A stretch of 64,000 nt of DNA from an uncultured candidatus Brocadiaceae bacterium (GTDB lineage Bacteria; Planctomycetota; UBA1135; UBA2386): assembly GCA_964469555.1 (NCBI GenBank), contig CAYYAQ010000001.1, forward strand, positions 58,141 through 122,140, given 5' to 3'. Below, one piece after another: positions 9,093 to 18,165 of the stretch (its first letter is position 1; every line of letters begins with the position of its first letter). The notes under the pieces were generated by a model. That model did no database searches, was not told where the DNA came from, and was given only the letters and a program-made list of their open reading frames with translations. Position numbers and translations under genes: made by a program.

Positions 9093-10856
9093 ATGAAGAG
9101 TCCCATTACCCTCGTCTGCGTAGCCGCGTCGGTTCTGTCAGCGTCTCTGTCCGCGCAAGTCACGATCGTCAAAGGCGTGGCGCCGAATGGATTCGTTCGT
9201 TCGATGAACAACAACAACAACAGCTTCGCCTTGACCCCCGATGGGGCGATCTGGGCCGTGGTGTACGTTGTCGACAACGCTGGCGCGAACGGTCACCTCG
9301 AGCTTCGCCGCTCCCTGACCCACGGCAACATCTGGCTGAGCGGCACCTATCCGCTTCCCAACAACACATCGCACAACAACCACCACAACAACTCGGGTTG
9401 CATCGTCGCCGGTCGCGACGGCGACAAGCTCCACGTGACGTGGGGGGATCGGACAGCGAATGCCTCGTACTGGTCAGCGATGTACCAGGTCTTCAACACG
9501 AACACATTGAAGTGGGTGGGTACCCCGAAGTTGCTGGCCAAGGGATACGGGGCGAACAACCAGTTCTGGCCTGTCGACATCGCGATGACGGCGAAGGGCA
9601 CGCTGGCCGTTTGCATCTCCGGCCACCGAAGTGGTGGTCTCGGCCTCGGAGCATGGGACTGCGGTCTTGCCGTCAAGCCACGCGGTGGGTCGTTCAACAC
9701 GACACTGCTCAACCTCCGCAACGGCGGGGCGTCCTACTCGCAAAACGCGAGCATCGTCAGCGTGGACGAGACCATCCACTGCTGCATGAAGAACAGCACC
9801 GGCGGTTACGGAATCTGCTACCGAGCGTACGACACCGAGGGCAAGAAGTGGAATCAGGCTTCGCAGGTCTTCGTGGGGCCCAACAACAACGCCGGCATCG
9901 CTGCGGGCAACAAGAGCGTGATTGCGGCAGACCGCGACGGTGGCCTCTACGTGATCTACTGCACCGGGAATAGCTCCGCGCCACGGACGCTCCGACTGGC
10001 CTACGCCGCACCCGGCAAGGGTGGGTCCAACGTCGACTGGAAGGACTTCCACATCATCAAGAACACCCAGACGATTGGGACGAACTACCGGAAGGCCGCA
10101 GCCGGCAAGTACGGCTACCCCCAGATCCAGGGTGGCAACTCGAACACCTTCAACTACACCCTCGCGAGCGCGGCTGGCGGCAACATATACGCCGTCTACA
10201 GCAAGTCGTTCGAGACGTTCGCGAGTCTCTACGTCCAGAGCTTCAACAAGGGGAGTTCCGTTCTACCCGAGGTCAAGATCAGTGGGACCACGAAGCCCTA
10301 CTCGTTCGAGTGGATCACGGGCCTTCGCAACGGCGATCACAGTTACTCGGCATCCTGGTTGTCGTTCGGAAAGACGGACGCGCCGTCTCCGAACAACGGG
10401 ACGTACCCGAACGGCCAGGTGGACTTCTGGCGACTCGGGAGCAACTCGATCGCGCGTTCCGTGGCGTTGGGGACCGGTTGCCAGGGCAAGCTCGCCAAGC
10501 GTCCCCGGGTGCACGCGTACGACACCCTTCCCACGCTGGGCACGACCTTCAAGATTCAACTCGATCGCTTCCCGGCGAGTGCCAACTTCTTCCTCGCGAT
10601 TGGCACCTCGATGTTGCTGCCACCGCTCAACCTCGGCTTCATGTTGTCGCCGACGTGTGACCTGAACAACACGTTCCCGCTCATCGTTCCGCTTCAGGTG
10701 CCTTCGTCCGGTGTCATGACCGTTCCGTGGAACGTGCCGAACGACCCCAAGCTCATCGGTGCTCGCGTCTATGTCCAGTGCCTCGTGATTTCGCCGGGAT
10801 CGACCCCTGGCAACGCCGTGACGACAAATTCGCTCTGCGTAATTCTCGGTACCTGA
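9093..10856 (+). CDS. secreted protein of unknown function (paralog A), probably beta-propeller-like with a C-terminal Cys-containing module
   Basis: 587 aa with signal peptide MKSPITLVCVAASVLSASLSAQ and Asn-rich tracts. It is colinear with the 10933-12720 product. Confidence 0.7.
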   Translation: MKSPITLVCVAASVLSASLSAQVTIVKGVAPNGFVRSMNNNNNSFALTPDGAIWAVVYVVDNAGANGHLELRRSLTHGNIWLSGTYPLPNNTSHNNHHNNSGCIVAGRDGDKLHVTWGDRTANASYWSAMYQVFNTNTLKWVGTPKLLAKGYGANNQFWPVDIAMTAKGTLAVCISGHRSGGLGLGAWDCGLAVKPRGGSFNTTLLNLRNGGASYSQNASIVSVDETIHCCMKNSTGGYGICYRAYDTEGKKWNQASQVFVGPNNNAGIAAGNKSVIAADRDGGLYVIYCTGNSSAPRTLRLAYAAPGKGGSNVDWKDFHIIKNTQTIGTNYRKAAAGKYGYPQIQGGNSNTFNYTLASAAGGNIYAVYSKSFETFASLYVQSFNKGSSVLPEVKISGTTKPYSFEWITGLRNGDHSYSASWLSFGKTDAPSPNNGTYPNGQVDFWRLGSNSIARSVALGTGCQGKLAKRPRVHAYDTLPTLGTTFKIQLDRFPASANFFLAIGTSMLLPPLNLGFMLSPTCDLNNTFPLIVPLQVPSSGVMTVPWNVPNDPKLIGARVYVQCLVISPGSTPGNAVTTNSLCVILGT

Positions 10857-10865
10857 GCGTAATCT

Positions 10866-10895
10866 CGCAGGAAACGCCTGCGGGTCTTCTTTCCC
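10866..10895 (+). terminator. putative intrinsic terminator after paralog A
   Basis: CGCAGG-aaacg-CCTGCG hairpin followed by ggTCTTCTTTccc. Confidence 0.45.
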
Positions 10896-10932
10896 AGCGG
10901 GAGTCGCCTAGAATCCAGACGGAGGCAATCCC

Positions 10933-12720
10933 ATGGCAATCTCAATTCGTCTTTCCCTCGTTGCCGCTGCCACTCTGACCACAGTGGTCGGTGCGCAATT
11001 GTCTGGGCCGCCGACGATCATAAAGGGCACGGCGCCCGGTGGCGACGTGCGTTCGATGAGCAACAACCAGAATTCGCTGGCGTCGCTCGCGGATGGGTCG
11101 CTCGCCGCGGTCATCTACAAACAGTCGACGGCGACGACTGGTGGGCATCTCGCTCTCGGGATCTCTACCGACTTCATGAAGTGGACGTTCTATCCGTTGC
11201 CGCACAACACCGGGCACCGGGTGCACGAGTGGGAGTCCGGCGTTTTGTGCGCTGGCCACAAGTGTGACGTTCTGCATGTCGGTTGGTCGGACCGGTCCGT
11301 GGGTGGTGTGTACCACTCGGCCTGGTATCAGACGTTCAGTACGTCGACTCGCAAATGGGTTGGTGCGCCGGTCAGGATTGCCGCCGCCAACGCCAGCCTC
11401 AAGCAGTCCGTGCAGGTCCGGGACATCACTGTCACGCCGCTCGACACGGTCGCGATTGCGTACGGTGTCGGTGCGACCGGTGGCCTTGGCATGGGTGCTG
11501 ACGAGTGCGCTATCAGGATCAGGAAGAAAGGTCAGTCCTCGTTCAGCGCGCAGTACGCCATGCGCAGCGGCGGGCTCAGCTGGTCTCGCGAGGCATCGAT
11601 CGTCGCATCCGGAGAGGTGATCCACTGCGCGTTCAAGAATCAGAAGGGCGTAGGCGGCATCGCGTACCGATCGTTCGACACCACCACGCTGAAGTGGCAG
11701 CAGGCGTCCCAGGTCATGGTCGGCCCCAACAACAACGGGACCAGGGGCATCGACGGGATCAACGCCGGCAACAAGGCGTTGATCTCCAAGGATACGGAAG
11801 GTGGCCTCTACATCATGTACGTCACAGGCTCGGCGGGGGGGCTGAAGAGCAACAACAAGATGCGCATGGCCTACGCCAAGCCCGGTACGGGGAGCAAGAA
11901 CGCCGACTGGAAGGACCTGGAGGTCATGCCGCACACGACGACGTTGGGGAAGAACCCGCGAAGCGTCGGCAAGACCGATCCGTCCTACCCGATGATGCAG
12001 GGTGGCGATACTTCCTGCACGTACTACACGCTCGCGCCTGGTTTCCAGGGATCGATGATTGTCGTCTACAGCAAGCCGTGGGAGGACTTCCAGAACAATT
12101 ACCTCCAGATCTGGCAGTACGGCATCAACTACCCGATGCCGACGAAGGAGATCTCGTTCTGGACCGGCACTGAGCCGTTCGTCTTCGAGCGGATGGGGGG
12201 AATGCGCAGCACGTTCTCCGTAGGCCACGGCGTGTGGGTCGTCTACGGCAAGAACGACAAGCCGACAGCGGGCCAGGCCCCGAACGGCTGGGTGCGCCTG
12301 TGGGCTTCTTCCTACAGCACGGGGAGGACGATCTCTTTTGGCACCGGATGCAAGGGAAGGTTGCCGAAGATCCCGCGGATGCACGCGGACGAACAGTTCG
12401 CGCAACTCTCCCTGCCCTACTGGATGGACTTTGAACATTTTCCGGCGAATGCGAACTTCTTCCTCGTCCTCGGCACCAAGTGCGCCAGGACGGATCTCAC
12501 TCTCATGGGTGCGCCGGGTTGCGAGTTGAACATCGACTTCCCGGTCGCCGTCCCGCTGAAGGTGAACGCCGCCGGCGCGTTGAGGTTGACCTGGAACGTG
12601 CCGAATGACAGCAATCTGATCGGGCAGTACTTCTTTGCGCAGTCGTGGGTGGTGAGCCCGATCGCGAACGCCCTGTTGGCGGTGACGACGAACGCGCAGC
12701 GGACGTCGATCTCACGCTAG
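10933..12720 (+). CDS. secreted protein of unknown function (paralog B)
   Basis: 595 aa with signal peptide MAISIRLSLVAAATLTTVVGAQ. It aligns by eye along its full length with paralog A: IIKGTAPGG/IVKGVAPNG, LHVGWSDR/LHVTWGDR, WVGAP/WVGTP, IHCAFKN/IHCCMKN, LRMAYA/MRMAYA, and C-terminal GTGC.GKL...C(D/E)LN...Q. Confidence 0.7.
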   Translation: MAISIRLSLVAAATLTTVVGAQLSGPPTIIKGTAPGGDVRSMSNNQNSLASLADGSLAAVIYKQSTATTGGHLALGISTDFMKWTFYPLPHNTGHRVHEWESGVLCAGHKCDVLHVGWSDRSVGGVYHSAWYQTFSTSTRKWVGAPVRIAAANASLKQSVQVRDITVTPLDTVAIAYGVGATGGLGMGADECAIRIRKKGQSSFSAQYAMRSGGLSWSREASIVASGEVIHCAFKNQKGVGGIAYRSFDTTTLKWQQASQVMVGPNNNGTRGIDGINAGNKALISKDTEGGLYIMYVTGSAGGLKSNNKMRMAYAKPGTGSKNADWKDLEVMPHTTTLGKNPRSVGKTDPSYPMMQGGDTSCTYYTLAPGFQGSMIVVYSKPWEDFQNNYLQIWQYGINYPMPTKEISFWTGTEPFVFERMGGMRSTFSVGHGVWVVYGKNDKPTAGQAPNGWVRLWASSYSTGRTISFGTGCKGRLPKIPRMHADEQFAQLSLPYWMDFEHFPANANFFLVLGTKCARTDLTLMGAPGCELNIDFPVAVPLKVNAAGALRLTWNVPNDSNLIGQYFFAQSWVVSPIANALLAVTTNAQRTSISR

Positions 12721-12733
12721 CTGTCGTCGCTCG

Positions 12734-13240
12734 TTATCCCTGATCGTTCTCGGCAAGGTCGAGCGCCATCGGGATGTGGATGACCCCGGAGATCGTGATC
12801 GGTTCCCCGGTGACTTCGAATCCGAAGCGTTCGTAAACAGGCACCGCAAAGGGCGAGGAGTCCACCGTCAGCTTCTCGAGTTCGGGATTCTGGGAGCGCA
12901 CTTCCGTCAGCAAACGGGCGAACAGCTCACCGGCGATCCCGTGTCGATGCCAGTCCGGGTGGACGAACAACATGGACAAGTGCTCGAAGCTCCGGACCTC
13001 GCCGACGCCGACGATCTCTTCGGCTCCATCTTCCTGAGCTACCGTCGCCACGAGCGCGTAGTGGGGTTTCGACATCGACCCCCGCCGGGCTTTGATCGAG
13101 TTGGCGTGGGCGTAGGATCGGAATTCCTCCACGCCCTCCTCCGAGTAACCTGGCGCGACGAGCTTCGAAAACGCAGCATTTACGACCGCGGAGGCGGCAG
13201 CTTCCTCTCCCGTTCGCATGGTTCGGTAGCTGATCTTCAC
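12734..13240 (-). CDS. GNAT family N-acetyltransferase
   Basis: 168 aa with acetyl-CoA binding region VHPDWHRHGIAGELFARLL. GTG start at 13240. Confidence 0.85.
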   Translation of the reverse strand: MKISYRTMRTGEEAAASAVVNAAFSKLVAPGYSEEGVEEFRSYAHANSIKARRGSMSKPHYALVATVAQEDGAEEIVGVGEVRSFEHLSMLFVHPDWHRHGIAGELFARLLTEVRSQNPELEKLTVDSSPFAVPVYERFGFEVTGEPITISGVIHIPMALDLAENDQG

Positions 13241-13251
13241 CGCTGACTTGT

Positions 13252-13270
13252 AACCTTCCGCGCGAAGGTT
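13252..13270. promoter_or_regulatory. perfect 7-bp inverted repeat in the GNAT/arsJ divergent promoter region (possible operator)
   Basis: AACCTTC-cgcgc-GAAGGTT, 43-61 nt upstream of the arsJ-like start. Confidence 0.3.
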
Positions 13271-13312
13271 TTCATCCTCGTAGGCTCAAGCCTCAAGAGG
13301 CAGACTCGAACC

Positions 13313-14512
13313 GTGTTCGAAACCCGAAACTATATCATCGTCACCGGCGCCTACTGGGCGTTCACATTGACGGATGGCGCCCTGCGGATGCTCGTGCTGA
13401 TGTATCTGTACGGCCAGGGCTACTCACCGATCGACATCGCTTCGCTGTTCGTGTTCTACGAGTTCTTCGGCGTCGTCACGAATCTGGTCGGCGGCTGGAT
13501 CGGCGCACGGTTTGGTCTGAAGTCGACGCTCTTCTCGGGTCTGATCCTTCAGGCCGTCGCGCTTGTGATGCTTGCTTTCTTCGTCGGCTCACTCTCGATG
13601 CCGATCGTGATGGTCGCGCAGGCGGTATCGGGAATAGCGAAGGATTTGACGAAGATGAGCTCGAAGAGCTACATCAAGTTCGTCGTGCCAGCCGGGGATT
13701 CTGGTCGCCTGATGCGATGGGTGACGCTCTTGACGGGTTCGAAGAACGCGCTGAAGGGCGTAGGTTTCTTCCTCGGCGGACTGTGCCTGCAGACAATCGG
13801 GTTCGCGCCGAGTTGTTACTCGATGGCTGGTGCGCTGAGCGTCGTGATCGTCTGCTCGGTCATCTTGCTGCCGCCGGCAGTAGGGAAGTCCAAGACGGCG
13901 AAGTTCACCTCGATCCTCTCGCAGACGCCTGCGATCAACTGGTTGTCGGCGTCGCGGTTTTTCCTGTTCGGCTCACGGGACATCTGGTTCGTGCTGGCAT
14001 TGCCGATCTTTCTCTCCACGACGCTCGGTTGGTCACATGCAGAGACCGGCGGGTTTCTCGCGCTGTGGGTGATCGGCTACGGTCTGGTACAGGCCGCCGC
14101 GCCGGCGTACATCAAGTCGGACCAGGACGTTTGGCCGTGGACCTGCGCCTTGACGCTGCCGCTGGTCGCTATCCTCATCGCGCTGCACAACCAGGCGTCG
14201 ATCGAGTGGACGGTGCCCCTCGGGCTCGGCGCATTCGGCATCGTGTTCGCGAGCAACAGCGCTTTGCACAGCTACCTGATCATCGCGCACGCGGAGGGGG
14301 ACAAGGTCGCGATGAACGTGGGCTTCTACTACATGGCGAACGCCGCCGGTCGTCTGGTCGGCACGATCTTGTCGGGGGTGTTGTTCCAGCTGGCTGGTCA
14401 GGGTCAGATCGGATTGCGGATGTGCATCTGTGGTTCTGTCGTCTTCGTTTTACTGTCCACGCTGCTGGCTCTGCCGCTGCGCAAGCCATCGAAGAGCGCG
14501 ACGGCGGACTAA
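13313..14512 (+). CDS. arsJ: MFS transporter resembling organoarsenical efflux permease ArsJ
   Basis: 399 aa. The N-terminus NYIIVTGAYWAFTLTDGALRMLVL...FYEFFGVVTNLVGGWIGARFGL...SGIAKDLTKMSSKS...LTGSKNALKGVGFFLGG matches the ArsJ consensus as I remember it. About 12 TM segments. Confidence 0.7.
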   Translation: MFETRNYIIVTGAYWAFTLTDGALRMLVLMYLYGQGYSPIDIASLFVFYEFFGVVTNLVGGWIGARFGLKSTLFSGLILQAVALVMLAFFVGSLSMPIVMVAQAVSGIAKDLTKMSSKSYIKFVVPAGDSGRLMRWVTLLTGSKNALKGVGFFLGGLCLQTIGFAPSCYSMAGALSVVIVCSVILLPPAVGKSKTAKFTSILSQTPAINWLSASRFFLFGSRDIWFVLALPIFLSTTLGWSHAETGGFLALWVIGYGLVQAAAPAYIKSDQDVWPWTCALTLPLVAILIALHNQASIEWTVPLGLGAFGIVFASNSALHSYLIIAHAEGDKVAMNVGFYYMANAAGRLVGTILSGVLFQLAGQGQIGLRMCICGSVVFVLLSTLLALPLRKPSKSATAD

Positions 14513-14673
14513 CGTCTATTCAGTTCCGCGATCTTCACCCGCTGAAACGTCATCTGTGCGCGGCTGCCCTCGTAGAGGATGTCGATGGTCTCCGCGTCGA
14601 CCAGCGTCGCGCTCGGATAGCCCGCGCTCCGGCCCGCGTCGAGTCCGAGATGTTGTGACTCCGGCCACGTCAT
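14509..14673 (-). pseudogene. 3'-terminal remnant of a BNR/sialidase-like gene
   Basis: The reverse frame ends ...GGMTWPESQHLGLDAGRSAGYPSATLVDAETIDILYEGSRAQMTFQRVKIAELNRR*, a typical last-blade/C-terminal pattern (aGYS..l..d..i.ilYE.....i.F.r). Upstream of this the frame becomes nonsense and overlaps the esterase gene. Confidence 0.4.
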
Positions 14674-14783
14674 GCCGCCGGGTCTAGGACGATCAGGAGT
14701 ACTGCCTCGAGCCAACTCACCGCGGTTGTCTGGAGCGTTCCATTGAACGACCGGTCGCCTTTGGCGAGACTGCGGCACAATCG

Positions 14784-15766
14784 ATGCAATTCCAGGCGCT
14801 GGTACTCTTCGCGACATGTGTGATCGCGTCACGGACCGCATCGCAGGATCCGCCCGTACTCGGCCCGCTTCGTTGCGCGATGAAGCGCGACTACTGGTTG
14901 CAGAGGCCGAGCGGATTCGACGTCTCTCGTATGCACTGGTTGGTAGTTCTCGCACACGGGTTCCGGGCGGAGGGGAAGGACATCCTCTGGTTGCGGCGGT
15001 CACTCGCGCAGTTCGACGATTGCATCGTGGTGCCGCCGTCCTTCCCGGAGGGGTTTCAACTGCTCGAAGCCCGGGCGGACCAGCAACTCATCGGGCTCTT
15101 CGCGTCGCTGAAGAAGAAGTACCGCTTGCACGACAAGATGTTTGTCTGTGGTTTTTCTGCAGGTGCGCAGTTCAGTCATCGATTCACGATGAAGCACCCA
15201 AGACTGGTCATCGGATGCTCCGCGCACTCTGGTGGAACGTGGGGGCCGATCGCGAATGTCGACGCACGCCACATCCCGATGACCCTGTCGTGCGGGCTCG
15301 ACGATACTGAACTCAGCTCGCTCGGCCAGACCCTGTCTCGAGCCCAGGCCGCGCATCGCTACTTCGATCTGCTCGCGCGGAAGGGCTTCCACGTCAAGGC
15401 AAGGCTCTGGCACGGGGTCGGGCACGCCACCTCTCCCGCGACGGAGGCCAGCATCGCGGAGTGCTACCTGCTTTCTACGCGCGGCCTCTACCTTCGACAG
15501 ACGAAAGAACTCGAACGGAGGGTGGCGGCAATCCGTCGAGGCGTCGCCGATCGACCGACGGCGGCCAGGAACGCCGGATTCACGTTGTTGTGTGGCGTGC
15601 CGGAAACCTCGGCGGAGCCAGCTCGGACGGTCGCCGTTACTGGATCGACGATGGCAAGGAGAACGAAGCTGGCTGGAGTGTCAACGAACCGGCACTCGAA
15701 CAGCGGCGTCGATCCCTCGAGCAGTATCTCGCCCGAGTCCGGGATAGGCTCGGCGACGGAAAATGA
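14784..15766 (+). CDS. alpha/beta-hydrolase (PHB-depolymerase/esterase-like), probably carrying a 1-nt frame disruption near 15.6 kb
   Basis: Signal-like N-terminus, G-F-S-A-G-A nucleophile elbow and HGVGH. After about 15600 the better coding frame is the -1 frame (ORF 15461-15766), which ends ...RRYWIDDGKENEAGWSVNEPALEQRRRSLEQYLARVRDRLGDGK*. The 750-aa track ORF is a stop-free read-through into the next gene. Confidence 0.55.
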
Positions 15767-15887
15767 TCCTAGACGACGATGCTATCGGGCATCCGGGATT
15801 CACAGGCACTCGACGTATCATGCCCAATGGCGTTACGATGTGTGGCCCATCGCCCCTGGGGGAGGGACACACACAGCGACGCGCAAC

Positions 15888-17036
15888 ATGAAGAAGATCC
15901 GTATTGCGGAACGCACGTTTCACGTGAACGTACCGGATGGATCTGGCTACGACGTAGTGCATCGGCCTGGCCTCCTGCCCGACTACGGACTGCTTTGTAG
16001 AGATATCATCCCCGACCTCGAGTCGAAGCTCATCGTACTCACGGACGACCGGGTGGATCGATTGTACGGCGACCAGCTCCGTGAGTCCTTTCAGCGCGCG
16101 AACCTGTCGCCGGAGTTCATCTGCATCGCGCCGGGAGAGACTTCGAAGAGCCTCAAAACATTCGAAGAGCTGCTGGAGGATCTGGCGGCTCGGCGCATGG
16201 ACCGGCGTGGTCTGCTCGTGAATTTTGGTGGTGGCGTGATTTGCGATCTGGGCGGGTTCGTCGCTTCGTCCTACATGCGCGGCATCGCCTATGCGAATTT
16301 CTCGACTTCGCTGATCGGCCAGTTGGATGCATCGATAGGGGGCAAGGTCGCGGTGAACACGACACGCGCGAAGAACCTGATCGGCGCGTTCCACCATCCT
16401 CTTCACGTCGCAGGCGACGCGTGCGTGCTCGAGACGCTCTCCAAGCGCGACCTGCGCAGCGGCATCGCCGAGGCGATCAAAGTGGGGATCATCGCCAGCC
16501 CCGAGTTGTTCGAATTGCTCGAATCCAATCCGACGGCGCTGCGAGCTGCGGATCCCGAGGTCGCGACGGATGTCGTCGGGCTCGCTTCGAGCGTGAAGAT
16601 GGATCTCGTGACAAGGGATCCGTACGAAGATGACCTCCGCCGCCCGCTTAATCTCGGTCACACATTGGGTCACCCGATCGAGACGGAGTTCTCCTACGAG
16701 AAGGTGCGGCACGGCGAGGCCGTGGCGATAGGCATGGGCGTGGCCACCACGATCGGGCTGCAGAAGTCCGTCATCACGATGTCGGACGCCGATCGGATTT
16801 TCGATGTTCTCGCGGCCTACGAGTTGATCGGATGCGTTCCGCCGATGTCCGCGGAATCGATCGTCGATCACCTGCGCTACGTCAAGCTCATCCGGGGCAA
16901 TCGCCTGCACTTCGTTCTACCTCGGGGAATCGGCGACGTGTTGGTCACCGAGGAGATCAGCACCGGCGACTTGCTCCGGGGATTCGCCCAGTACGATGAA
17001 CTCTGTGTCGCGCACGGATGCCAGGAGCATTCATGA
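15888..17036 (+). CDS. dehydroquinate-synthase-like sugar phosphate cyclase (subfamily unresolved: DHQS / DOIS / EEVS-type)
   Basis: 382 aa from internal ATG 15888 (MKKIRIAERTF...). Motifs: GGGVICDLGGF, RGIAYANFSTSLIGQLDASIGGKVAVN, KNLIGAFHHP, LNLGHTLGHPIE, HGEAVAIGM. Confidence 0.8.
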   Translation: MKKIRIAERTFHVNVPDGSGYDVVHRPGLLPDYGLLCRDIIPDLESKLIVLTDDRVDRLYGDQLRESFQRANLSPEFICIAPGETSKSLKTFEELLEDLAARRMDRRGLLVNFGGGVICDLGGFVASSYMRGIAYANFSTSLIGQLDASIGGKVAVNTTRAKNLIGAFHHPLHVAGDACVLETLSKRDLRSGIAEAIKVGIIASPELFELLESNPTALRAADPEVATDVVGLASSVKMDLVTRDPYEDDLRRPLNLGHTLGHPIETEFSYEKVRHGEAVAIGMGVATTIGLQKSVITMSDADRIFDVLAAYELIGCVPPMSAESIVDHLRYVKLIRGNRLHFVLPRGIGDVLVTEEISTGDLLRGFAQYDELCVAHGCQEHS

Positions 17037-17410
17037 GTGACGCGCGCGTCGTCAACCTGAACGGCTTGCCGCTCGAGAGCGTCACGGCGCACGGCGGCGA
17101 CGGGAAGATCCTGTTTCACCGCCCGTTCGACGGCGACGCGTTCGAGGGGCCGTGGAACTTCGTGGACTACGCGGAGCTGCCTCCGGGATCGTCGATCGGG
17201 CTACATTCACACGGCGACAACGAGGAGCTGTATCTCGTGCTCGAGGGCAGCGGCACGATGCAGCTCGACGGTCGTGAACTCCGGGTCGAGAGAGGATCCC
17301 TGGTCCTCAATCGACGGGGCGGCTCCCATGGACTGAGAAACGATGGCGATGTTCCGTTGAAGCTGTTCGTGGTCGAAGTAGCGATCGGCGGCGCGAAGGA
17401 GGCCTCATGA
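17033..17410 (+). CDS. cupin domain protein
   Basis: GLHSHGDNEELYLVLEGSG and GGSHGLRN cupin motifs. ATG 17033 overlaps the upstream stop as ATGA. Confidence 0.75.
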   Translation: MSDARVVNLNGLPLESVTAHGGDGKILFHRPFDGDAFEGPWNFVDYAELPPGSSIGLHSHGDNEELYLVLEGSGTMQLDGRELRVERGSLVLNRRGGSHGLRNDGDVPLKLFVVEVAIGGAKEAS

Positions 17411-18165
17411 CCGGCGGGACCATGGCTTTGATCATGGCTGGCGGCGAGGGGCGACGCATGGCACGATCGCAGCCGGGCGTGCCGAAAGTCCTGGCCGAGG
17501 TCGCCGGATTCCCGCTCATCGTCTTGTCGATTTGTCGCCTCGCGGAAGCTGGCATCAGGGACATTCGCGTATCGGTTCATCACCGCGCGCAAGAGATCAT
17601 CCACGAGCTTCGTCGGCGATCGGACATCCCACAGGCGGCCCTTGAGTTCATTGTCGAAGAGGAACCCCTCGGCACGATCGGTGCCATCGCCGAGCTTCGA
17701 GATTTCCGCGGTGACGTGTTGGTTCAAAACGCGGACCTCCTCTCCGGCATCGATCTGCGCGCGATGCTCTCGCGTCACCGCGAGCGCGATGCCGATGTCA
17801 CCATCGCGACGCACATCGAGTATCATCGTCTCAAGCTCGGCGAAGTACTGACGCGTTCGAAGGGCGAAGTCGTCGAATACAGCGAGAAGCCGATCAAACA
17901 GTACCGAATCTCGTCAGGCACCTACGTCGTGTCGTCCGGCAGCTTCTCGATCTGCGAACCGAGCGTGTACACACCCTTGCCGGACTTCGTGAACCTCGCG
18001 ATCGAAGGCGGCAAGCGCGTTATCGAGTTCCATCACGACGCGCCGTGGATCGACGTGAACGACGATGCGGACCTGATCAGGGCGCGGACCATGTTCGAAG
18101 AAGACCCTGTGGCGTTCGGAATTCACCCTCGCGAACGCGATGCCCAGTCGGAGGAAGCGTCGTGA
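17407..18165 (+). CDS. sugar-phosphate (or cyclitol-phosphate) nucleotidyltransferase
   Basis: 252 aa with the LIMAGGEGRRM...PKVL signature of the NTP_transferase fold. ATGA overlap with the cupin stop. Confidence 0.8.
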   Translation: MTGGTMALIMAGGEGRRMARSQPGVPKVLAEVAGFPLIVLSICRLAEAGIRDIRVSVHHRAQEIIHELRRRSDIPQAALEFIVEEEPLGTIGAIAELRDFRGDVLVQNADLLSGIDLRAMLSRHRERDADVTIATHIEYHRLKLGEVLTRSKGEVVEYSEKPIKQYRISSGTYVVSSGSFSICEPSVYTPLPDFVNLAIEGGKRVIEFHHDAPWIDVNDDADLIRARTMFEEDPVAFGIHPRERDAQSEEAS

